In this document: one piece after another, positions 57,585-64,000 of the stretch
Layout of the letters: each line of letters opens with the position of its first letter
How positions within the stretch are numbered: position 1 is the first letter of the stretch
Source of the DNA: Clostridia bacterium
GTDB taxonomy: Bacteria > Bacillota > Clostridia > Christensenellales > CAG-138
Length of the DNA stretch: 64,000 bases
Direction: 5' to 3'
NCBI GenBank assembly: GCA_036654235.1
Contig: JAVVSK010000006.1
Span: forward strand, 34,102-98,101
Notes under the pieces: generated by a model
Seen by the model: only the letters and a program-made list of their open reading frames with translations
Told to the model about the DNA's origin: nothing
Database searches by the model: none
Program-made: the position numbers and the translations under genes

Positions 57585-57610
57585 AATACCTCGTATTAAT
57601 ACGAGGTATT
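57585..57610. other. Perfect 26-bp palindrome of unknown role
   Basis: AATACCTCGTATT|AATACGAGGTATT. There is no flanking U-run on either strand, so it is not a canonical terminator. Confidence 0.5.
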
Positions 57611-57799
57611 TATTGGTAAGGCTTTATCAATATTTGGAGGTGAATTATCAGCAAAGATGCCTTTTTATGTAGTTCGCAATTTTCTAAACCTTTATTCAAA
57701 CTTAGGCTATGACGAAAATATGAGAAAAAGACCGCCTGGACTTTTTCTAGACGGAGTTTTAAATTAGCGCATATTGAATGAATTTAAACTTAATAAAAA

Positions 57800-59083
57800 T
57801 CAATGCGGAAGGTCGGAAACGTAATTTAAAAATATACCTGCCGAAAGAATGTCGGCGCATCCTCCGGGACTTAAATTCCGTTTTATGAAGTCGGCATCGG
57901 CAGATAAAGCGGCAGAAAATCTATCTTCTTTTGAGAGAGATAACATTTTATTAGCTTCATTTATCATATACTTATACCCGGAGATCCCGGCGCGATGCAA
58001 AATATTCGTATCCGAAACGATTGGGAGCAGATCTAAAAGCGTAAAAACCGCAGCATCGTTATCGGAAAAGCCGCGTGTCAAGTAGTCTTTAAATTTATTG
58101 AACGCGAATAAGACGGAGGGAAATCCAGATACCGATTCGGACTTTATTCCGGAAATTCCAAAATCAGATTCTACGGAAGAACCGTTTGGATTGCGAACGG
58201 CTGTTTTAAAGTGCTCAGCTGCAAGGTTAGCTGCAATTTGTAAAACGTCATCCCTATCGGTAGTAAAGCATTTGCTGAAAGAAGCGAGAAGAAGCCCGAT
58301 AGTAAAGATCGCGCCCCGATGCGTATTTACGCCGCCCGTTGCATTTAACATAGATCTTTCAGCGCGCTTTCCCTCCTCGCTCAATAATAGCATGAGCGTT
58401 TTATAGTCGGCGTTTGCGTTTTCAATACCAAATCGCGCCATGCGCTTAAAGTGCGGAAAGAGAGAAGATGCGCTTGCGTAAAAATCAGGAAGTCCCATGT
58501 CGCTATGCGCTCCCGTATTATTTCTATCGACCAGCCCGGGCTTAGGGGTTGCCTCAACTTCGCATATCAATGCGTCATATGCACATTTTGCGAGTGTAGA
58601 CGAAAAATAGTCGTATAAAATTTCCATAGACGCTGATATAATTGTGTTTAGCCCATGGTTTCGGCTTCTCGCGCAGACAGACGCGATTTCGTTACAGATG
58701 AGACAACGACGCGGCTTTTCGCGGGTCATTTTTTCACCGGCGGTATTTAAAACATCAATGTCGAAAAGTCGTCCCAATTGGAAACTGTCCTCTATTTTGA
58801 CCATTGCGGCTTTTATTGTTTCGGGATCGCCTTGAACCGCGAAATAACCCTCGTCTCCCGTCTCGAGATGAATAACGGACGAATAGATAATATTCGGTAA
58901 AGCGGTTCTTATCATAGAAACACCGGTTAAAAAGGCACGACGAAGTAGGGGGAAAGATTTAATTTCGCCCGCCATATTCATTGTAAAACTTATAACCGCC
59001 GAATTAAAGCGGTTGGATAGTGCGCGTTGATTTATGACCCTCTGTTCGCGGGCATTTAGCATTTCGTCTATATTTATCTTCAT
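57800..59083 (-). CDS. citXG: Bifunctional CitX-CitG: apo-citrate-lyase phosphoribosyl-dephospho-CoA transferase fused to triphosphoribosyl-dephospho-CoA synthase
   Basis: The N-terminal part MLNAREQRV...ISFTMNMAGEIK...GRLFDIDVL...PRRCLICNEIASVCARSRNH parallels E. coli CitX. The C-terminal part EATPKPGLVDRNNTGAHSDM...GGVNTHRGAIF is the CitG/MdcB signature. The start is uncertain: ATG at 59083 or TTG at 59104, with no clear SD for either. Confidence 0.8.
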   Translation of the reverse strand: MKINIDEMLNAREQRVINQRALSNRFNSAVISFTMNMAGEIKSFPLLRRAFLTGVSMIRTALPNIIYSSVIHLETGDEGYFAVQGDPETIKAAMVKIEDSFQLGRLFDIDVLNTAGEKMTREKPRRCLICNEIASVCARSRNHGLNTIISASMEILYDYFSSTLAKCAYDALICEVEATPKPGLVDRNNTGAHSDMGLPDFYASASSLFPHFKRMARFGIENANADYKTLMLLLSEEGKRAERSMLNATGGVNTHRGAIFTIGLLLASFSKCFTTDRDDVLQIAANLAAEHFKTAVRNPNGSSVESDFGISGIKSESVSGFPSVLFAFNKFKDYLTRGFSDNDAAVFTLLDLLPIVSDTNILHRAGISGYKYMINEANKMLSLSKEDRFSAALSADADFIKRNLSPGGCADILSAGIFLNYVSDLPH

Positions 59084-59212
59084 AATGCAAGCATAATACA
59101 GCAAAGCTGTGGATTTTTCTATAGCAAATTTAAAATATACACGCCTGTGTGCAGGAATTTCAAAAAAAATCGCGAATTAGTTGATGAAAAAGAGAGTATG
59201 GGAGGGGGATAA

Positions 59213-60991
59213 ATGTCGGCGTTTCCGGATGCTTGGATAGCTGAGCTTCTGAATAAAAGCGATATAGTTTCTATCGTTTCGGAATACTCAATGCTTAAAA
59301 AAAAAGGCGGCAAACTCTGGTGTTGTTGTCCCTTTCATTCGGAAAAAACCCCGTCTTTTTCCGTTTCCCCGGATAAACAACTTTATTATTGTTTTGGCTG
59401 TCATGTTGGCGGAGGTGTTATAAAATTCGTTATGGATATAGAGTCCATCTCATATACGGATGCGGTTAAGAATCTTGCACGCCGCGCCGGAATGGATCTT
59501 CCGAGCGAAATCGACGATGAAAAGCTCCGCCTTGAACGTGTAATACGTGAAAGACAGGCGGAAGCTTGTAAAGAGTCCGCGCGTTTTTTTCACGAAACTT
59601 TGATGAACGAGGAAGGCGCACCCGCTCTTGCATATTTAAAAAAACGCGGTGTCTCGTATCATGCTATAAGAAAATTCGGGCTTGGATTTTCCCCGAACGG
59701 AAGGACTGTGCTTATAGATGCGCTTAAAGCTAATGGATTTTCGGAAAATGAGCTGATAGGCGCGGGTGTTGCGCGGGAAAAGAGCGATGCCGGCGGCGGG
59801 AATCGCGTTTATGATGCGTTTTATAATCGGGTCATGTTTCCGATAATAGCGGTGAACAACAATGTTATAGGTTTTGGTGCGCGCGCAATTGGATCTGAAC
59901 AGCCCAAATATATAAATACGGGCGAAACGCGGATTTTTAATAAGCGTTATAATCTTTTTGCGTTGAATTTAGTTAGAAAAAAGCGAACTGAGGATATAAT
60001 CGTCGTTGAAGGCTATATGGACGTTATCCAACTTTTTTCGTCCGGAATTGAAAACGCAGTAGCCTCGCTTGGAACGGCGCTTACGCGCGAACAGGCGCGG
60101 TTGATAAAAAGATATGCGCAAACGGTTTATATAGCTTACGATGGGGATAGCGCGGGTCAAAACGCAACTATCCGCGGTCTTGAAATATTGGCGGGTGAAG
60201 GGCTTCGCGTAAAGGTCATTGTTATACCTAACGAGATGGATCCTGACGATTTTGTTAAAAAGTTCGGGAAAGAGGCTTTTTTAAAGCTTAAAGATAACGC
60301 GCTTTCGCTTAACGCGTTTAAGCTTTTAAGTATAACGCGGACTCATGACCTTTCGACTGAAGATGGTCGTGAGGAATATGCGCTTAACGCTTGCAAACTC
60401 CTTTCGACTTTACAGCCTGTTGAACAGGCGCGGTTTTATGACGAGATAGCGAGAAACGCCGGAATAAGTATCGAAACGGTTAAGGCGCAGTGCGCTTTGG
60501 GAACTATCGGCGTGAACGATAATAGGGAGGAACTGAGGCTAGAATATGAAAACGGAGATAACTCAGAGGCTATTTCCGATAAATATTTAAAAACGCTGAT
60601 AAGATGCGCTGTTCTTAGCGGCGTGGCGGCTAAGATTATTTTTGAGAATTCTGCTGAGCTTGATTTGGATAGCGAGTTGTTGACTTTATTTACAAATCTT
60701 TCCAATGGGCGCGAGGGGAAAGTAGATATTCGCCTTATTTTATCAGATGCGGAATATTCAGGCAAAACGCAGGCAATAATAGCGAACGCGGCGCAAGAGG
60801 AAGAATCAATTTTAGACCCTGAAAAAACGGCGTCGGATTGTGTTGATAGATTTAGGGCGTATAAGCTTAATTTAAGCTTAATGAAAATAGCCGGACGGAT
60901 AGACGATCATTCGGCAACTTACGATGATTACGAAAGTTTAACGCGTATAAATGCCGAGTTATCGGCATTAAAACGCAAAGCATACCAATAG
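59213..60991 (+). CDS. dnaG: DNA primase
   Basis: Zinc finger CCCPFHSEKTPSFSVSPDKQLYYCFGCHVGG and the Toprim region VVEGYMDVI...YDGDSAGQNA. Confidence 0.95.
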   Translation: MSAFPDAWIAELLNKSDIVSIVSEYSMLKKKGGKLWCCCPFHSEKTPSFSVSPDKQLYYCFGCHVGGGVIKFVMDIESISYTDAVKNLARRAGMDLPSEIDDEKLRLERVIRERQAEACKESARFFHETLMNEEGAPALAYLKKRGVSYHAIRKFGLGFSPNGRTVLIDALKANGFSENELIGAGVAREKSDAGGGNRVYDAFYNRVMFPIIAVNNNVIGFGARAIGSEQPKYINTGETRIFNKRYNLFALNLVRKKRTEDIIVVEGYMDVIQLFSSGIENAVASLGTALTREQARLIKRYAQTVYIAYDGDSAGQNATIRGLEILAGEGLRVKVIVIPNEMDPDDFVKKFGKEAFLKLKDNALSLNAFKLLSITRTHDLSTEDGREEYALNACKLLSTLQPVEQARFYDEIARNAGISIETVKAQCALGTIGVNDNREELRLEYENGDNSEAISDKYLKTLIRCAVLSGVAAKIIFENSAELDLDSELLTLFTNLSNGREGKVDIRLILSDAEYSGKTQAIIANAAQEEESILDPEKTASDCVDRFRAYKLNLSLMKIAGRIDDHSATYDDYESLTRINAELSALKRKAYQ

Positions 60992-61003
60992 GAGGGCAAT
61001 ATT

Positions 61004-62077
61004 TTGGCGAGCACTGTCAACCGTGAACAAAAGATTAATGAGCTTTTGGAAAAGGGCAAGGCGAAGCATGTTTTAACGTTTAAAGAGGTTATGGATGCGC
61101 TTGAGGAATTGGAACTGGATGCGTATCAAATAGAGATGATATATGACAAGCTTGAAGCTTTGGGAATCGATGTTGTTGAGGAGATGAAGGGAAGCGAGGA
61201 CGGGGACGAGGATGCGGTTGTTGAGCCCGAAATTGCGGCCGACGGCATCAATATTGACGATCCAGTACGAATGTACCTAAAAGAAATAGGACGGGTTCCT
61301 CTTCTTACAGCTCAACAAGAGGTGGAAATAGCTAAACGCATGGCGGCGGGAGATGAAGCGGCGAGCCGTGAACTTGCGGAGGCGAATCTTAGACTTGTTG
61401 TTTCGGTTGCGAAGCGATACGTTGGGCGCGGAATGTTGTTTTTAGACCTCATACAGGAAGGTAATATGGGTCTTATAAAGGCAGTTGAAAAATTCGACTA
61501 TCAAAAGGGATATAAGTTTTCAACATATGCAACATGGTGGATTCGTCAGGCTATAACGCGCGCTATAGCGGATCAGGCGCGAACTATTCGAATTCCCGTT
61601 CATATGGTTGAAACTATAAATAAAGTTATACGCGTAAATCGTCAACTTTTACAGGAACTTGGAAGAGATCCGAGACCCGATGAGATAGCTAAGGAAATAG
61701 GGTGTCCCGAGGAAAAAGTGCGCGAAGCGATAAAGGTAGCGCAGGAGCCGGTTTCTTTGGAAACGCCTATCGGCGAAGAAGAAGATAGTCATCTCGGGGA
61801 TTTTATACCCGACGACGATGCGCCGGCACCCGAAAACGTTGCGGCGTTTACGATGCTTAAAGAACAGTTGGTCGAGGTTTTAAATACGCTTACGGCGAGG
61901 GAAGAAAAAGTCTTACGCCTTCGCTTTGGGTTAGACGACGGAAGGGCTAGGACTCTTGAGGAAGTTGGAAAAGAGTTTAACGTTACGCGCGAACGCATTC
62001 GTCAAATAGAGGCGAAGGCGCTGCGAAAGCTAAGGCATCCGAGCCGTAGTAAAAAGTTAAAAGATTTTTTGGATTGA
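61004..62077 (+). CDS. rpoD: Primary RNA polymerase sigma factor SigA/RpoD
   Basis: [17 protein letters not shown], region 2 [52 protein letters not shown] and region 4 [30 protein letters not shown]. The TTG start at 61004 lies 7 nt after a GGAGGG SD. Confidence 0.95.
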   Translation: MASTVNREQKINELLEKGKAKHVLTFKEVMDALEELELDAYQIEMIYDKLEALGIDVVEEMKGSEDGDEDAVVEPEIAADGINIDDPVRMYLKEIGRVPLLTAQQEVEIAKRMAAGDEAASRELAEANLRLVVSVAKRYVGRGMLFLDLIQEGNMGLIKAVEKFDYQKGYKFSTYATWWIRQAITRAIADQARTIRIPVHMVETINKVIRVNRQLLQELGRDPRPDEIAKEIGCPEEKVREAIKVAQEPVSLETPIGEEEDSHLGDFIPDDDAPAPENVAAFTMLKEQLVEVLNTLTAREEKVLRLRFGLDDGRARTLEEVGKEFNVTRERIRQIEAKALRKLRHPSRSKKLKDFLD

Positions 62078-62095
62078 GTTTAAACGGAGGTAAAA

Positions 62096-62611
62096 ATGAA
62101 AAAGATAGATATTTTTGACATTATGGGAGCCGCGATGAAGCAAATCGATAACGGCGCTTTTCTAATGGCGGGGAAAGAAAACAATCCTATGACGATAGGA
62201 TGGGGCTTGTTGGGCGTTATTTGGGGAAGACCGATGTGCGCGGTGCTGGTCAGAAAGACGAGATATTCGCATGAGCTTTTGAAAGATGGACATTTCACCC
62301 TATCTGTTCCGTATTTATCGACCATGAAGGACGAATTGAGCCTATGCGGGACCGCTTCGGGACGCGATATGAACAAGCTCGAACAATTAAATGTTTCCGC
62401 TATCCCACTTCCTACCGCCTCTGTCGGAGCTTTCCCGGGTTGTCAATATTATTTTGACTGTAAAGTTGTCTATGAGGACGATATGGATATGAGCCGCGTT
62501 GACGAGAGTGTAAAAAAAGAATGGTATAACGAAAAAAATCAGGCGACGGCAGATGGCGATCCACATACCATATATTTTGCGGAAGTGACGAACATATATC
62601 TGAATGACTAA
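62096..62611 (+). CDS. Flavin reductase-like (FMN-binding split-barrel) family protein
   Basis: AFLMAGKENNPMTIGWGLLGVIWGRPMCAVLVRKTRYSHELLKDGHFTLSVP resembles the flavin reductase-like domain. GGAGGT SD. Confidence 0.5.
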   Translation: MKKIDIFDIMGAAMKQIDNGAFLMAGKENNPMTIGWGLLGVIWGRPMCAVLVRKTRYSHELLKDGHFTLSVPYLSTMKDELSLCGTASGRDMNKLEQLNVSAIPLPTASVGAFPGCQYYFDCKVVYEDDMDMSRVDESVKKEWYNEKNQATADGDPHTIYFAEVTNIYLND

Positions 62612-62654
62612 AGTTTGATAGATAAAACAACCATCAAAATATAGCCTTAAAAAA

Positions 62655-62683
62655 CGGCGACTGTTATTTTATAATGGTCGCTG
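62655..62683. terminator. Bidirectional terminator between convergent genes
   Basis: CGGCGAC (62655-62661) pairs with GTCGCTG (62777-62783 minus 100, that is 62677-62683) with one G-U pair. It is flanked by A6 upstream and CTTTTT downstream. Confidence 0.5.
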
Positions 62684-62687
62684 CTTT

Positions 62688-64000
62688 TTATTGAGTTAGA
62701 TAAATTAAAATGGCTATTGCGGCTAAAGCGACCGCGCATAAAAAATTTATTGATTTTCTTTTTAAAGAATATCCTGAGACGAAGAAAAGTGAAAGAGAAA
62801 ACAAAATACCCGATATGATCGGGACAACGGGAACGGAGACGACCGCGAAAGATAAATCCGAAATAGCGCTTGCGGTGGATAAAACAATATTAGAGAAAAA
62901 ATCGGCGATAAAGGAAAAGGGAAGTATAAGAGGCTCATATAAAAACGATATTGCTATGCCGAAAAAAGCGAATATAAGAGCGACGCTTGCAGCAGGAATA
63001 GCGACTAGGTTGGCTATAGGAGAAAATAACGGTATTTGCTTAAAATATGCGGATAATGGACAAAAAGTTCCGATACTTGCTCCAATGGAAAGAGATATAG
63101 AATTTGTAAATGGACGAATTTTTCGCGGGACGGATATTCTTGTCAATGCGCTACTGATCAAAATTATACCTATCATTGCGCAAAATGAGAGCGCAAAACT
63201 ACATGAATATATAAAATAAGGATTTATTGCGACGATAACTAAAAAGGCGAAAGAAAGCGACGAAAGAGAATCCGGTCGCCTATATATACATTTTCCAAAA
63301 AGATAACACAGAAACATTATCGACGCGCGAAGCAATGATGGGGAGAACCCTGTCATAGCAGTATAAAACGTTAAAAACACAGTTATAAAAAACAAACGAA
63401 CCCATCTATTGAATGGTGCAAATAAATAAGTCAGGCAGCCGGCTATTATTGAAACGTGCAAACCCGAAAGCGAAAGTATATGAGCTACGCCGGAGTTTTG
63501 GACGGAAAGCTTCGTTTCATAGTTTAAATCTGCCGTATCGCCGAGGATCATGCCTTTTATAAACGCTGAATTTATAAAATTACGATTGATTGAGCTTTCT
63601 ATTTCCAATTTAATTTTTGAAAGTGCGGTAAAAATTGTAGGTTCATTTGGCACGGCATATGGTCTTTTTATGCGCGTAACCGCGAATATTCCATTGGAAA
63701 TATAGTAATGCGGCAAATAATCTTCCATGTTGTTTGAAAAATGCACGTAACCATACGCATAAACCGTCTCACCATAAGAAAGTTCGACATCCGAATCTAT
63801 TAATATTTTCCCGGGAAATAATACGCTGTTGATTTTTGCATTATTAAGTACCGCCGTTTTCCCCTCCTTACAGACAGTACCGCTTATTACGCGCATACCG
63901 TCCTCGGGAGTTTTTGATGGATAAAATATAAAAGTTCGAAAAGTAAAAATAAAAAAAGCTATGGCGAATAGAGCGATAGCGCGTTTCTTAAAAATAATTG
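62688..64000 (-). CDS. comEC: ComEC/Rec2 family DNA internalisation channel protein. The N-terminus probably lies beyond the right edge.
   Basis: The competence-domain motif LSVQNSGVAHILSLSGLHVSIIAG and many TM helices. The frame upstream of the ATG at 63896 stays open to position 64000 and encodes another hydrophobic segment (IAIALFAIAFFIF). Confidence 0.8.
   Translation of the reverse strand, partial: IIFKKRAIALFAIAFFIFTFRTFIFYPSKTPEDGMRVISGTVCKEGKTAVLNNAKINSVLFPGKILIDSDVELSYGETVYAYGYVHFSNNMEDYLPHYYISNGIFAVTRIKRPYAVPNEPTIFTALSKIKLEIESSINRNFINSAFIKGMILGDTADLNYETKLSVQNSGVAHILSLSGLHVSIIAGCLTYLFAPFNRWVRLFFITVFLTFYTAMTGFSPSLLRASIMFLCYLFGKCIYRRPDSLSSLSFAFLVIVAINPYFIYSCSFALSFCAMIGIILISSALTRISVPRKIRPFTNSISLSIGASIGTFCPLSAYFKQIPLFSPIANLVAIPAASVALIFAFFGIAISFLYEPLILPFSFIADFFSNIVLSTASAISDLSFAVVSVPVVPIISGILFSLSLFFVSGYSLKRKSINFLCAVALAAIAILIYLTQ

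Noticed and set aside
1-64000. Search for tRNA, rRNA, tmRNA, transposase, integrase, toxin-antitoxin or known defence genes
   Set aside because: I recognised none while reading the intergenic regions and all track ORFs. This was a by-eye scan only, and a tRNAscan/Infernal/HMM pass would be needed to be definitive.

Overview
This 64-kb window looks like a chromosomal segment of a spore-forming, dockerin-encoding Clostridia-class Firmicute. That assignment is inferred from an intact pro-sigma-K gene, a SleB-type hydrolase, two dockerin proteins and the gene order. Most of the window is housekeeping:
- comM-dprA-topA-trmFO-hslVU at 5.2-13.3 kb
- mutS2
- an Rrf2/NifS/IscU Fe-S cluster locus
- ogg, sigK and a glnS-gltX operon
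- a complete S10-spc-alpha ribosomal super-operon at 30.8-46.6 kb, including secY, adk, map, infA, rpoA and the short rpmD and rpmJ genes that the ORF track misses
- ruvCAB, proS, dnaG-rpoD and a comEC gene truncated at the right edge

Accessory content:
- a 1338-aa protein with two GT-C glycosyltransferase modules, coupled to GtrA (0.6-5.1 kb)
- an SH3b-repeat/SleB-like lipoprotein and two tandem repeat-bearing membrane paralogs (13.4-16.1 kb)
- a dockerin protein with a possible caspase-fold peptidase domain, next to a roughly 1-kb AT-rich stretch without genes (22.6-26.2 kb)
- an isolated Wzz/BY-kinase/PHP-phosphatase trio, a second dockerin protein of unknown function and an unlinked CitX-CitG fusion (53-59 kb)

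I recognised no rRNA, tRNA, CRISPR array, transposase, integrase or known defence system, and no single region stands out as an obviously novel multi-gene system.

The best sequence-supported oddities are:
- a perfect 15-bp hairpin that is both the gltX terminator and a complete sequester of the sigK Shine-Dalgarno
- an in-frame Rrf2-NifS fusion that one A in an A5 run would undo
- the double GT-C giant protein
- the dockerin-tagged peptidase-like protein
- the orphan CitXG

All functional calls come from reading the translations and motifs by eye. No database search was run.
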